Counted from the first letter of the stretch, positions 27,018 to 37,594 are shown. The stretch: DNA of 64,000 nt from Dehalococcoidia bacterium (GCA_050248355.1 JBFWSN010000004.1:81151-145150); one strand, 5' to 3'. The notes: generated by a model not told the origin, from the letters alone. Made by a program: numbers and translations.

Positions 27018-28661
27018 TCAGCAGACGCCGCAGAGTTTGCAGCCGACCTCGGGGGGCGGGCAAGGAATCGTGCGCCGAATGCGCTCGTGCTTGTCCATCT
27101 CCCGGAGCAGGAAGCGCTCCGTCATCCCCACGTCGACGATGAACCAGGGCGGCCGCTCTCCGTCCCACGGCAGTGGGCCGTCGAGGCCATGCTCCGCGAT
27201 CGCGCGCCGGTAGGAGCCGAGCGAGTTATCGGTCATCGATTCGAGCATCGGCGCGAGGCGAGCGTCCGCACGCGAGAGTACATCGTCCACGCGCGCCGTC
27301 ACCGGCGAATCCGTACGCAGGTCGATTCCCGAGGTGAGGTGCTGCTTGAGGATTCCCTGACGGCGTTTGAGTGTTTGAGGGGTCGCCTGCACCTCGTACT
27401 GGTAGGCCGTCCATGGCTTCGGAATGGTCGGGCTGACGGAGAGTACCAGCCGCGTGCCGTTCCCCGCGCGGTCGAGGCGGTCCTTGATTTTGTTGCCCAG
27501 CGCAGCCATTGCGTAGACGTCGTCGTCTTCCTCGCCCGGCAGCCCGATCATGAAGTAGAGCTTGAAGCGGGACGCTCCCGCCTCGCCGACCCGTGAGGCA
27601 CCTTCGAGAATCTGCTCCTCGGTGACGCCCTTGTTGATCGCGAGACGCATGCGCTCGGATCCCGCTTCGGGAGCGACCGTGACGGTCTTCGTCCCGCCGG
27701 CGGCCAGCGCGCGCAACACGCGGGGGTCGAGGTTGTCGACGCGCATCGAGGAGACAGACACCCGCGCCCCGAGCTCATGGGCACCTACGACCAGGTCCGC
27801 GAGCTCGGGGTGGTCCGCGACCGCCGCGCCGAGCAGTCCGACGCGAGGCGTATGTGCGAGCGAGTGCTCGACGATGGCCAGCAGTTGCTCCTTCGACCGG
27901 TATCTCGGGGGCCGAAAGACGTAGCCGGCGATGCAGAATCTACAGCCGCGTCCGCAGCCACGCGCCACTTCGATGAGCGTCATGTCCGAGAGCTCGGTGT
28001 CTGCGGTCAGCACCGTCGAGTACGCCTCAGTGGTGCCGATGTCGTGGACCCATTGCCGTTCCACGGCGCCCGCGATGGGGGGGCGTGTCGGCACGTACAG
28101 CCCGGGAATGTCGGCCAGCTCGTTCAGTAGCTCATCACGCGAGCCGTACAAGCCCTCGCGCCACGCGGTCACGAGCGAGGGGATGATCTCCTCCCCCTCG
28201 CCGATCACGGCTACGTCGAGGAACGGTGCGACCCCGGCGGGGTTTGTGAGCATGCACGCTCCGCCGGCGATGACAAGCGGGTGACGCTCGTCACGTTCCT
28301 GGGCGTACAGCGGGATGCCCGCGCTCCGCAGCGCTTGCACCATGTTGAAGTAGTCGAACTCGTACGAGAGGGTGAACGCGAGAACCGCGAAGTCGGAAAG
28401 CGGCCGTTGTGACTCCATCGACACCACAGGGTAGGGATGTCGGGCCTCGCGCGAAGGCGGGTCGTAGAACGCGCGCTCGCAAACGAAGTCGGGGTACGCG
28501 TTGAACAGGCTGTAGACGGTCTGCAGCGCGAGGTTGGACATACCGATGTAGTAGGAGTTGGGGTAGACGATCGCGACGGCGATTCGTCCGCCCCAGTCCT
28601 TGACCGTGACGCCTTGCTCCTTCGCGAGGCGTTCGCGGGCGATCATTCGTACGTCTGGCAT
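27018..28661 (-). CDS. B12-binding-domain radical SAM protein (TIGR03960-like)
   Basis: CX3CX2C cluster CGRGCRFC, an N-terminal B12-like domain (VAIVYPNSYYIGMSNLALQ) and a C-terminal extra Cys cluster CPPPEVGCKLCGVC. Confidence 0.85.
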   Translation of the reverse strand: MPDVRMIARERLAKEQGVTVKDWGGRIAVAIVYPNSYYIGMSNLALQTVYSLFNAYPDFVCERAFYDPPSREARHPYPVVSMESQRPLSDFAVLAFTLSYEFDYFNMVQALRSAGIPLYAQERDERHPLVIAGGACMLTNPAGVAPFLDVAVIGEGEEIIPSLVTAWREGLYGSRDELLNELADIPGLYVPTRPPIAGAVERQWVHDIGTTEAYSTVLTADTELSDMTLIEVARGCGRGCRFCIAGYVFRPPRYRSKEQLLAIVEHSLAHTPRVGLLGAAVADHPELADLVVGAHELGARVSVSSMRVDNLDPRVLRALAAGGTKTVTVAPEAGSERMRLAINKGVTEEQILEGASRVGEAGASRFKLYFMIGLPGEEDDDVYAMAALGNKIKDRLDRAGNGTRLVLSVSPTIPKPWTAYQYEVQATPQTLKRRQGILKQHLTSGIDLRTDSPVTARVDDVLSRADARLAPMLESMTDNSLGSYRRAIAEHGLDGPLPWDGERPPWFIVDVGMTERFLLREMDKHERIRRTIPCPPPEVGCKLCGVC

Positions 28662-28699
28662 TTAGACAGTCTACCGCAGCTAAACCGCAACGGCCCGAC

Positions 28700-28987
28700 T
28701 CACCGTCGATTCGCCTCCGACCCATGCTCGAGACTCTCCTCGAGGCGACGCTGGTTCCGGCGGTCGATGAGGATGAAGGCGCCGAAGCCAGCCGCGACGA
28801 CCGCGACAGGGATGAGTGACAGCAGAGGATGGATCGATAGCAGCACGAAGAACGACGTGACCACCAGCATGACGAGCAAGACCAGCCCGACCACCGGAAG
28901 CACGATGCTCATCGCGATCCAGCTGAACTGGGCGATCTCGCGCCAGCTCCCTTTCGGCTCGGGCGGTGGTGGCTCGGACCGGTACAT
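28700..28987 (-). CDS. hypothetical small membrane protein (2-3 TM helices)
   Basis: A hydrophobic core (FSWIAMSIVLPVVGLVLLVMLVVTSFFVLLSIHPLLSLIPVAVVAAGFGAFILI) with a charged tail. Confidence 0.45.
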   Translation of the reverse strand: MYRSEPPPPEPKGSWREIAQFSWIAMSIVLPVVGLVLLVMLVVTSFFVLLSIHPLLSLIPVAVVAAGFGAFILIDRRNQRRLEESLEHGSEANRR

Positions 28988-29013
28988 AGAACCAGTGTAG
29001 CGCTGGGATCTCG

Positions 29014-29616
29014 TCAGTCCGCCGTCTCGCCGCCGAGCCAGGCGTCAAGGCGACGAAGAAACGATCGACGGCGCTCCGCGGCGTCACCAACGATCCGGCT
29101 GACGAGCAACTCGTAGAACTCCGTTGGATCGGTCGAGTCCGGGACATGGAAGAGCTCATCCGGATCGCACGCGAGTGTCATGTCGCGCCCGGGTTCGAAG
29201 CGGTCGTTGGTAGGTACGCCATGCGATGCCGTGCGCGCCGGCCAGGTCGCGTCGATGGCCATCCACTCGGCTCCGATGTTCAAGCGCAGGAACGCGTGGA
29301 CGTCCGGGATGGGGTCGCTCACGGTCTCATCGATGAGTTCCGACGGCAGCCATGGCCGGAGCGACGGCGTCACCTCCTGCGCGGCGTAGATGAGCACGCA
29401 GTCGAGCCCGAAGTCCCGATACAGCTGGTACAGGAGTATGTGTTTCGTCGCCTGCGAGGCCCGCCAGTCCTCGATCGCCGGGCCTATACCTGCGTCGTCG
29501 GCCGTCAGCGGCATGTCGCGGACGAGCGCGAACAGCGACGCCGGGCTGAGACGCTGGTCGTCTGGGAGTTGCAGGCGCGCAACGGCGGCGGATCGGAAGT
29601 CAGCGAGGAGACCCAC
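29014..29616 (-). CDS. hypothetical protein, possibly transglutaminase-like fold without an obvious catalytic Cys
   Basis: DVHAFLRLNIGAEWMAIDATW resembles the His/Asp half of transglutaminase-like cores. The expected G-x-C position reads ATKH. This is a weak call. Confidence 0.35.
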   Translation of the reverse strand: MGLLADFRSAAVARLQLPDDQRLSPASLFALVRDMPLTADDAGIGPAIEDWRASQATKHILLYQLYRDFGLDCVLIYAAQEVTPSLRPWLPSELIDETVSDPIPDVHAFLRLNIGAEWMAIDATWPARTASHGVPTNDRFEPGRDMTLACDPDELFHVPDSTDPTEFYELLVSRIVGDAAERRRSFLRRLDAWLGGETAD

Positions 29617-29639
29617 GCGCGTATCTTACGGTCCTCGTC

Positions 29640-31859
29640 TCAACTGCACTTCGAGTAGCCGCACGCCTGGCACAGCAGGCACCGCTCGATAAAGGCGAGC
29701 TGCATGCCGCAGTCGGGACAGGTCAGTCCTGAGACCGTGTCGGCCGCAGCGGCGGCGTCCTGCCCGGCGGGGTCGCCGAAGTGCAATCGGAGCCACCGGA
29801 AGATGTAGTCAAGCACGCTCGTGGCGAACGGGACGTCAGCGTTCCCCGTCATGCCATAGGGTTCAAAGCGAGTCTGTTCGAGCTTCGCGGCGAGCTTGTC
29901 GATCCCGACGCCGTACTGAAGCGCGATCGACGTGAGCAGCGCGACCGCATCGATGAGGCCCGAGACCGTCGACCCTTCCTTCGCCATCTTGATGAACACT
30001 TCGCCGGGACGTCCGTCCTCAAAGAGGCCGACGGTGACGTAGCCTTCTTGCTCGCCTACTCGGAACTTGTGGGTGACCGCCGGCCGCTCGTCCGGAAGAT
30101 GCCGTCGATATGGCTCGATGCCGGTCCGTACAGGGGTGCTCTCGTGAGCCAGCACCTGGACCGCGCGCGACCCGTCGCGGTACACCGTGATCCCCTTGCA
30201 CCCCAGTTCATGGGCAAGGACGTAGGCGCTCCGGACATCGTCGACCGACGCCGTCCTCGGCAGGTTGATGGTCTTCGAGACGGCGAGATCCGTGTGTGCC
30301 TGGAACGCGGCCTGCATGCGCACGTGCCACTGCCATGGCACCTCGTGCGCCGTTACAAAGCGGCGTCGCACCTCGAGCGGGACCGAGGCGCGGTCGGCAA
30401 GGCTGCCTCCCCGCGCGAGGTCATCCATCAGTTCCGTGCTGAAGAAACTGCCGTCCCGCGCGGCCTGCGCGAAGGCCTCCGACACCTCGGGCAGTACCGT
30501 CCCGTCTCCCATGCGCCTGTGGTGCGCGAGCGAGAAGAGCGGCTCGATGCCCGATGATGCTCCGGCGATGATGGCGATGGTCCCAGTCGGTGCGATGCAC
30601 GTCCGCGTCGCGTTGCGGTAGGGCACCCCGCCTACGTAGATGGAGCGTGCCCAGCTGGGGAAGGGTCCGCGTTCGGCGCCGAGTTGTGCCGAAGCGGCGT
30701 CCGCCTCCTCCGAGATGCAGCGCGCCAGCCGCCCCGCGAGCGTCAGCGCCTCATCCGAGTCGTATGGTGTCTCTGCAGCGATCAGCAGGTCCGCGAATCC
30801 CATGATGCCAAGGCCGATCTTCCGGTTTCCCCGGACGGCCGCGGCGATCTCTTCGAGCGGGAACGTGTTCGCTTCGACGACGTCATCGAGGAAGCGAACG
30901 CCGAGGCGGACGGTCTCACGGAGCCGCTCCCAGTCGAGGTCTGCGTTCGCCGGATCCCAGAAGCGCGCGACGTTGATGGAACCGAGCGTGCAGGCCTCCC
31001 AGGGCAGCAGCGGCACCTCTCCGCACGGGTTCGTGGCTTCGATCGCCCCCAGTTCCGGCGTCGGATTGCTCCTGTTGATGGCATCGAGAAACACGAGGCC
31101 GGGATCTCCGGTAGTCCACGCCGAACGCGCGATGTCGTCCAGCAGGGCGGCTGCGTCTGCTTCTCCGCGCGACGAGCCATCGCGCGGGTCTCGAAGGACG
31201 ATGGTGTCGCCGGTAGATGCGGCACGCATGAAGTCGTCAGTCACGGCGACCGAGATGTTGAACCGCTGCGCTGACACGCCGTCGTCCTTGGCATGGACGA
31301 AGGAGCGGATGTCCGGGTGGTCGACGCGCAGCACGCCCATGTTCGCGCCGTCGCGTTTGCCACCCTGTGTCACCAGGCGCGACACATCGTCGTAGTGGTG
31401 CAGCACGGACACGGGTCCGCATGCGGCGCCGTGAGTGGTGGCAATGGGCTCCCCCGCGCCGCGGAGTCGCGAGAACGAGAAGCCCGTCCCGCCCCCATAC
31501 TTCTGTACCATCGCGGCCGCCTGGGCCGTCGCCATGATCGACTCCAGCGTGTCCTCGACCGGCAGTACAAAGCAGGCGGCGAGGGTGCCTCGGCCAGTCC
31601 CGGCGTTCATCAAGGTCGGCGAGTTCGGCAGGAACTCGAGCGCCGCCATTGCGTCGTAGTACCGCTGAGCCCAGGACACGCGCGTCTCGTCGTCGCTTTC
31701 GACCGATGCGATCGCCTGAGCGACCCGCGCGAACATCCCCTCGGGCGACTCGACGACTGCGCCGGAATCGTCGCGCAGCAGGTACCGGCGCTCGAGGACC
31801 GTGCGGGCATTCGGGGAGAGCGTCACGGGGCGCGTGCTGATCGTGGGCTTGGCGACCAT
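29640..31859 (-). CDS. nrdJ: adenosylcobalamin-dependent ribonucleoside-diphosphate reductase (class II)
   Basis: LPNSPTLMNAG...ACFVLPV, the active-site NPCGE, and a C-terminal zinc finger CPDCGMQLAFIERCLLCQACGYSKC. Confidence 0.92.
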   Translation of the reverse strand: MVAKPTISTRPVTLSPNARTVLERRYLLRDDSGAVVESPEGMFARVAQAIASVESDDETRVSWAQRYYDAMAALEFLPNSPTLMNAGTGRGTLAACFVLPVEDTLESIMATAQAAAMVQKYGGGTGFSFSRLRGAGEPIATTHGAACGPVSVLHHYDDVSRLVTQGGKRDGANMGVLRVDHPDIRSFVHAKDDGVSAQRFNISVAVTDDFMRAASTGDTIVLRDPRDGSSRGEADAAALLDDIARSAWTTGDPGLVFLDAINRSNPTPELGAIEATNPCGEVPLLPWEACTLGSINVARFWDPANADLDWERLRETVRLGVRFLDDVVEANTFPLEEIAAAVRGNRKIGLGIMGFADLLIAAETPYDSDEALTLAGRLARCISEEADAASAQLGAERGPFPSWARSIYVGGVPYRNATRTCIAPTGTIAIIAGASSGIEPLFSLAHHRRMGDGTVLPEVSEAFAQAARDGSFFSTELMDDLARGGSLADRASVPLEVRRRFVTAHEVPWQWHVRMQAAFQAHTDLAVSKTINLPRTASVDDVRSAYVLAHELGCKGITVYRDGSRAVQVLAHESTPVRTGIEPYRRHLPDERPAVTHKFRVGEQEGYVTVGLFEDGRPGEVFIKMAKEGSTVSGLIDAVALLTSIALQYGVGIDKLAAKLEQTRFEPYGMTGNADVPFATSVLDYIFRWLRLHFGDPAGQDAAAAADTVSGLTCPDCGMQLAFIERCLLCQACGYSKCS

Positions 31860-31954
31860 CGGCTCCTCCGCGGGCGCGCCGTACGTCCGCGGATCGATCT
31901 TACGCTGTATGCCCCCACTGCCGCGTCTGCCGTGGCACGACCACGTCGGTGGCC

Positions 31955-32527
31955 CTACATTCGCGCGAGGATCGACGGAGCGTGTTCGATTGGCGTCGGC
32001 GCCGGAAGCACCACGTCTTCGCCGTCAACGAGTTCGCTCAGCTCATCCTCGAAGAGACGGGGCTGGTCTGCCGCCGGAGGCGGGCTCTGGGCCAATTGCG
32101 TGAGTTCACTCAGCAGTTCATCCACGGAGACGAACTTGTGGTACACCGACGCAAACCGGATGTACGCGATCGGGTCGAGGGCCTTGAGGTGCTTGATCAC
32201 CATCTCGCCGATTGCCCGGCTGGGAACTTCGTTCCACCCCGACGTCATCAGGCGGTGCTCAATGCTCTCGACGATCGCATCGATCGAACCCGTCGGAAGC
32301 GGTCGCTTCTGGACGGCCGACCGGAGGCCGTGGAGGAGCTTCTCGCGCTGGAACTCCTCGCGCCGCCCATCCTTCTTGATCACCATGACGACGCTACGCT
32401 GGAACTGCTCGTACGTGGTGTAGCGTTCGCTACAGGCCTGGCACTCGCGTCGGCGCCGTACGCCGTCGTCTGAAGTGCGCGAGTCGATCACCTTGCTGGC
32501 CATGTGGCCGCAGTATGGGCATTTCAT
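31955..32527 (-). CDS. nrdR: transcriptional repressor NrdR
   Basis: MKCPYCGHMASKVIDSRTSDDGVRRRRECQACSERYTTYE (zinc ribbon) plus an ATP-cone. Start trimmed to ATG 32527. Confidence 0.92.
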   Translation of the reverse strand: MKCPYCGHMASKVIDSRTSDDGVRRRRECQACSERYTTYEQFQRSVVMVIKKDGRREEFQREKLLHGLRSAVQKRPLPTGSIDAIVESIEHRLMTSGWNEVPSRAIGEMVIKHLKALDPIAYIRFASVYHKFVSVDELLSELTQLAQSPPPAADQPRLFEDELSELVDGEDVVLPAPTPIEHAPSILARM

Positions 32528-32685
32528 CGGGTGGTCAGGACCTCTGCCGGGGGAGGACATCCGGTTGTCTGGGGTCACTGCAGTGAAGCACCGCGCCTGC
32601 TGAGTCACAAGCACGCGCATCCACAGAGGTGTGCGAACTAGCCCGAAATTGTCCACGCCCCTCGATTCGGCCGGGCGACACAGGA

Positions 32686-32709
32686 GAGGGCCCTCGCTAG
32701 AGGGCCCTC
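32686..32709 (-). terminator. hairpin downstream of ftsZ
   Basis: GAGGGCCCTC-gcta-GAGGGCCCTC. Each arm is self-complementary and the two arms can pair. It lies 27 nt after the ftsZ stop. Confidence 0.4.
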
Positions 32710-32735
32710 GCAGCTGCGATTGAACCGACCGGAGC

Positions 32736-33833
32736 TTAGCGGGTGGGGAACGTCCGTCGCAGGAACGTGGGGAGATCCGCTTCCGTGAGCTGATCCAGGC
32801 TCGGCTCCGGCTGGACGTCTGCGAGACGAATCGGCTTGGGTTCGGCAGTCAGTGGCTCGTCGCGGGATGGACGCATCGCCGCCGGGCGTACCCCGGTGAA
32901 GCCCGTCCCGATCACCGTGATACGCACCTCGTCCTGCAGCGACTCGTCGACGGCGGTGCCGAAGATGATCTCGGCTTCCGGGTCAACGACATCTGCGATG
33001 ACTCGCGCCGCAGCGTTCAGTTCGTGGAGCCCGAGGTTGGCCGGGCCGGTGACGTTGAACAGCACGCCGGTAGCGCCGGTGATGTCCACCTCGAGCAGCG
33101 GGCTTGTGATCGCCATCTTCGCCGCGTCGACCGCACGATGCTCGCCCCGTCCGGTGCCGATAGCCATCAGCGCTGGCCCCGCCTCGGACATGATCTTGCG
33201 AACGTCCGCGAAGTCGAGGTTCACGATGCCCGGCACCGTGATGAGCTCGGAGATGCCCTGGATCCCCTGCCGGAGCACGTCATCCGCGATTCGGAAGGCG
33301 TCTTGCATCGACACCTTCTCGTCGCAGATCTGTAGGAGCCGGTCGTTCGGGATCACGATGAGGGTGTCCACTTTCTCCTGAAGGTCACGGACGCCCTCTT
33401 CGGCCTGCTGCCTCCGCTTCGCACCCTCGAAGGTGAACGGCTTTGTCACCACACCGATGGTGAGCGCCCCGAGCTCGCGTGCCACCTCGGCCACGATCGG
33501 GGCAGCCCCCGTCCCGGTGCCACCGCCGAGACACGCCGTCACGAAGACCATCTCCGCGCCCGCCAGCGCCTCCGCGATGGCTTCCCGTGACTCCTCCGCC
33601 GCGCGTGCGCCGCGAAGCGGCTCGGAGCCGGCACCCAGTCCCTTTGTCAGGCGGTCGCCGATACGTACCTTGATCTCTGCCGCACAATGCGAGAGCGCCT
33701 GCATGTCCGTGTTCAGCGCGACGTACTGGACGCCGGGCAGGCGTGCGGAAATCATCCGGTTCACGGCGTTTGAGCCGCCGCCCCCAACCCCGACGACCTT
33801 GATCGGCGGCAGCGCGTCGAAGTTCTCCGTCAT
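32736..33833 (-). CDS. ftsZ: cell division protein FtsZ (canonical 365-aa core; the ORF continues in frame upstream to 34487)
   Basis: [27 protein letters not shown]...GLGAGSEP...[16 protein letters not shown] lies 7 nt upstream of ATG 33833. See the finding on the 218-codon extension. Confidence 0.9.
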   Translation of the reverse strand: MTENFDALPPIKVVGVGGGGSNAVNRMISARLPGVQYVALNTDMQALSHCAAEIKVRIGDRLTKGLGAGSEPLRGARAAEESREAIAEALAGAEMVFVTACLGGGTGTGAAPIVAEVARELGALTIGVVTKPFTFEGAKRRQQAEEGVRDLQEKVDTLIVIPNDRLLQICDEKVSMQDAFRIADDVLRQGIQGISELITVPGIVNLDFADVRKIMSEAGPALMAIGTGRGEHRAVDAAKMAITSPLLEVDITGATGVLFNVTGPANLGLHELNAAARVIADVVDPEAEIIFGTAVDESLQDEVRITVIGTGFTGVRPAAMRPSRDEPLTAEPKPIRLADVQPEPSLDQLTEADLPTFLRRTFPTR

Positions 33834-34483
33834 CAATTCACTCTCCATTTCGAGAGGGCTCGTAACGTCGTGACGCTGCCCCTCGGCCCGCGGTGTGTCG
33901 TCCGGCGACCGGTCTTCGCGGCCGACATCGCTCGAGGTGGGCGCGTGCGACCGCTGCGGCCCGTCAGGACTTCGACCAAGGGATACCTCAGTGCGGTCGT
34001 CCATCTGAACCGTCTTTCCCGGCGTGACAGCGCGCAGTCGCACAGGTTGTGCGCGCTCTGTTCGTTCTTCCGTCGCCGCCCCCTCTGGCTCGGAGGCCCG
34101 ACCGAAGCCCAGGTCGAGTTCACGTCCGCCCCGATCCTCGCCGTCCGAGCGGTTCAGCGCGGCGGACGACGGCGGAGGGGCTCCCCGGTCGTACTCCGAA
34201 GCCGTCCCAGGTGGCGGCGTCGTCGCGGATAAGTCTAACCCGCCAGCGGGGGCGGTGCGTACCTTCGCTGCCACCCCCTCGCCCCGCGCCGCCGTCGAGG
34301 CGAAGACTTGAGCCCGGTCGGACGACACATCCACGCTCCCCGCGCGGCTGAACGGCGCTCCGGGTGCAGGCGCACGGCCGCTCTCAGAGCGCGCCGCGGC
34401 GAGGTAGTCGAATAGCGTCTCGGCAGCCAGTTGGATCGACTGCCGTTCTGTCCCGCGGTCGCTCCCTGCGTCCCTCGGCCCGG

Positions 34484-35725
34484 TCATTGCGGCAACACCA
34501 CGCGCATGAGATTCGCCACCTTTCTGAGCAGGCCGCCGACCGACGCCGTCGGCACGCTGGGGGAGGAACGCAACATGATTTCCCGCTCCTTCAACGACCA
34601 GCGGAGCAGTCCCACGGAGGTCGCGTAGGCCGGGTCATTCAACAGGTCCGAGAGCCCCGCGAGGTGACGAGGCCTGCCGACTCGTGCGGGGAGTCCAAGG
34701 ACGTCCTCGGCCAGCATCTCGATGCCCGGGAGCGAGGCAGCGCCGCCGGCGAGGACGATCCCGGCCGACAGCACGTCCTGGTCGACGCCTCGGCGGATCT
34801 CTGCCTGCACCATCTCAAAGAGCTCTTCCGTCCGAGCCTGCAGGACTTCCGCGATCAGGCGGCGGGACACCGTCTTCCGGCCCTCCGACCCGAACGCATC
34901 GACCTCCACGTCCTCGTCCTCGTCGACGAGTGACGGAATGGCGTGCCCATATCGACGCTTCGCCAGCTCGGCCGCCGGCTGTGGCACCCGCAGGGCGACG
35001 ACGAGGTCGCGGGTCATGTGGGCGCCACCGACGGGGAGCACGGCCGTGTGCACGACCGCCCCCTGGACGAACACCGCGAGGTCAGTGGTCCCGCCTCCGA
35101 TGTCGCAGATCACGGCGCCCTGGTCCAACTCCTCGCGGTCGACCACGGCCTCGGCCGAAGCGAGCGGCTCGAGGATGATCGAGTCCACCCGGACCCCGGC
35201 GCCTTCGACGCACTGCATCAGGTTGTGCATGGCGGACGATCCGGCGGTCACGACGTGGGTCTCCACGTCCAACCGGGAACCGAACATCCCGAGCGGGTCG
35301 ACGACATGCTCCTGCCCGTCCACGACGTAGTACCGCGGGACCACGTGAATGACCTCGCGGTTGTTCGGGACGTTGACGATACGCGCGCTCTCGAGGGCGC
35401 GCGCTACGTCGCCCTCCGTAATGGGATGCCGCGGGTCGGCGATGGCGACGATGCCCCGGGAGTTCATCGAGGACACGTGGGGTCCTGCGATACCAACGTG
35501 CGCGGAGAGGATGCGCGTCCCGGATGCCCGCTCCGCCTTCTCGACAGAGGAGGCGATCGCCTCGATAGCCGCATGGATATTGTCCACCATGCCCTTCGTC
35601 AGGCCCGCCGATGGGCCGACGCCAACGCCAAGAATGCGAAGGTCGCCGACCGTCGATACCTCAGCGACAACGGTGCAGACCTTCGTCGTTCCGACGTCGA
35701 TGGCAGCAAAGGTCGGATTGGCCAT
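34484..35725 (-). CDS. ftsA: cell division protein FtsA
   Basis: Actin-like fold: [16 protein letters not shown]...[14 protein letters not shown]. Confidence 0.93.
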   Translation of the reverse strand: MANPTFAAIDVGTTKVCTVVAEVSTVGDLRILGVGVGPSAGLTKGMVDNIHAAIEAIASSVEKAERASGTRILSAHVGIAGPHVSSMNSRGIVAIADPRHPITEGDVARALESARIVNVPNNREVIHVVPRYYVVDGQEHVVDPLGMFGSRLDVETHVVTAGSSAMHNLMQCVEGAGVRVDSIILEPLASAEAVVDREELDQGAVICDIGGGTTDLAVFVQGAVVHTAVLPVGGAHMTRDLVVALRVPQPAAELAKRRYGHAIPSLVDEDEDVEVDAFGSEGRKTVSRRLIAEVLQARTEELFEMVQAEIRRGVDQDVLSAGIVLAGGAASLPGIEMLAEDVLGLPARVGRPRHLAGLSDLLNDPAYATSVGLLRWSLKEREIMLRSSPSVPTASVGGLLRKVANLMRVVLPQ

Positions 35726-36531
35726 CAGCGCACCACCAGTTCCCGTCCGAATCGCAAATCGATTTCCCCCGCCGGGATCTGTTCCGTCTTGACGCGGTCG
35801 AGGATCGCGGCCCAGGCAGCGACCTTGAACTCGTAGTCGTGCGAGTCACCAAACACGGCCGCAGGCGCGCCCTCGAGGCGCACCGTCAAGCCGCGCTGGC
35901 GGTCGAACTCGAAGCGAAGCGGCGTGGCACCGAGCCGCTCGAACGTCCCGTCGCCGAGCAGTCGCGTCACCAATGCGACGGTGGCCGGATCGGCGGTCTC
36001 TCCGGCCTGCAGGGGCGAGCCTCCGGCCTCGTAGATCGTGGGAGCGTCATCACGCGGCAGTCGTGCTTTCTCGAGGACCCGGCCGTTCACGTCGATGAGC
36101 GCACGGATCCCGGCGGCCTGCCAGTAGCCCCAGCCTTGCATCTCCCGGATCTGGATCACGGCTGTGCGGGGCCAGTCCCGATCGACCTTGACCTCCGCAA
36201 CCCCCGGGATCGCGAGGATGCGGCTCTCCACCGCCGTCGTGTCCAGCGTGAGGAGTGACTGCCCCTGGACAGCCGCCGCCGCGACGATGGCATTTGCGTC
36301 CACGACCTCCGTCCCGATGACGATGACAGTCCCCACCCGAAGCGTGCTCCCGCTCCAGAGCCACCAGCCACCGAAGCCGAGGACGGCGACGCCGAGCACC
36401 GCCATGGCGTAGGTGCGAAGGGTGTTCCAGGGCAGCTCTGGCAGCCGCGGACCACGAGTCGGCGGCGCTACTCCGAGCGTGAAACGGGGCAGGCGCCGAC
36501 GGGGCGGACGGTGCTGAATCGGCCTACGCAT
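35725..36531 (-). CDS. ftsQ: cell division protein FtsQ (POTRA domain)
   Basis: Basic N-terminus, one TM helix (MAVLGVAVLGFGGWWLW), then POTRA (LRVGTVIVIGTEVVDANAI...). Start at ATG 36531, overlapping the ddl stop by 8 nt. Confidence 0.8.
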   Translation of the reverse strand: MRRPIQHRPPRRRLPRFTLGVAPPTRGPRLPELPWNTLRTYAMAVLGVAVLGFGGWWLWSGSTLRVGTVIVIGTEVVDANAIVAAAAVQGQSLLTLDTTAVESRILAIPGVAEVKVDRDWPRTAVIQIREMQGWGYWQAAGIRALIDVNGRVLEKARLPRDDAPTIYEAGGSPLQAGETADPATVALVTRLLGDGTFERLGATPLRFEFDRQRGLTVRLEGAPAAVFGDSHDYEFKVAAWAAILDRVKTEQIPAGEIDLRFGRELVVR

Positions 36532-37594
36532 GTCGCTGGGCCTCCGCGCGCCGTTCAAGAGCCAGATCGACCAACTTTGAGATGAGCTCGGCGTAGGACA
36601 TCCCGGCGAACTGCCAGAGGCGTGGGTACATCGAGATGGGTGTGAAACCTGGCAGCGTGTTGACTTCGATGATCCGGAAGTCGCCTTCCGGCGTGACGAA
36701 GAAGTCGACGCGGGCCATGCCCGCGCAGTCGATGGCGACGTATGCCGCGATCGCGGCCTTCTGCACACGCGTGGCGGTTGCCGCATCGACCGTCGCCGGC
36801 ACGATGAGTTCCGTACTCTCGTCGGCGTACTTCGCCTCGTATGTGTAGAACTCGGCCTGAGGCCGGATCTCGCCCAGCGGCGACGCGGAAGGGTGCGCGT
36901 TCCCGAGCACCGCGCACTCGATCTCGCGGCCGGCGACCGCCTCCTCGATCAAGACCTTGCGGTCGTAGCGGGCGGCGTCCGTAACCGCGTCGAGAAGGTC
37001 TTCGCGTGTACGCGCCTTCGCCACGCCGAGCGAAGACCCACCGTTGGCTGGCTTCACGAAGCAGGGGTATCCGATGTCACTCTCGATGTCGCGCAGCATC
37101 TCGGCGCGCGGGTCCGCGACATCGCCGTCGCGCAGCACGATGTACCGCGGCTGAGCGAGTCCGGCTGCGGCAAATGCCGCGCGCATCAGCGCCTTGTCCA
37201 TTCCGACCGCGCTTGCCGCGACACCCGAGCCGACACAGGGCTTACCGGCCAGTTCACAGAGGCCCTGCAATGTGCCGTCCTCCCCGTGCCGGCCGTGCAC
37301 AATTGGGAACACCACGTCTACGTCGGAGAGCGCCAGGAGCACATCAGGTGAATGCAGCAGCCCGCTGCCGATATCGTCACCGAGCGTATCGGTCTCGCCG
37401 CGCTCGACGCTCTCGAGGCGCGAACGCGTCTCGTTCGGCGTCAGCCACCGTCCGCCTCGGGTGATGCCGAACGGGACGGTCTCGAATCGCTCGGCGTCGG
37501 CCTCGCGGAGGATGGACCGCGCGGACACCACGGATACGGCATGCTCCGGAGACTGCCCCCCGCAGATCACGGCCAGCCGCTGACGGCCGGTCAC
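36524..37594 (-). CDS. ddl: D-alanine--D-alanine ligase
   Basis: VICGGQSPEHAVSVVSA...FPIVHGRHGEDGTLQG...EVNTLPGFT. Confidence 0.93.
   Translation of the reverse strand: MTGRQRLAVICGGQSPEHAVSVVSARSILREADAERFETVPFGITRGGRWLTPNETRSRLESVERGETDTLGDDIGSGLLHSPDVLLALSDVDVVFPIVHGRHGEDGTLQGLCELAGKPCVGSGVAASAVGMDKALMRAAFAAAGLAQPRYIVLRDGDVADPRAEMLRDIESDIGYPCFVKPANGGSSLGVAKARTREDLLDAVTDAARYDRKVLIEEAVAGREIECAVLGNAHPSASPLGEIRPQAEFYTYEAKYADESTELIVPATVDAATATRVQKAAIAAYVAIDCAGMARVDFFVTPEGDFRIIEVNTLPGFTPISMYPRLWQFAGMSYAELISKLVDLALERRAEAQRHA

Noticed and set aside
32575-32633. The palindromes TCACTGCAGTGA (32575-32586) and CACAGAGGTGTG (32622-32633) upstream of nrdR, as possible NrdR boxes. The nrdR-nrdJ spacer was also checked.
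   Set aside because: Neither matches the AT-rich acaCwAtATaTwGtgt consensus. Their 47-nt centre-to-centre spacing differs from the usual spacing of about 31-32 nt. No box-like sequence was seen directly upstream of nrdJ.
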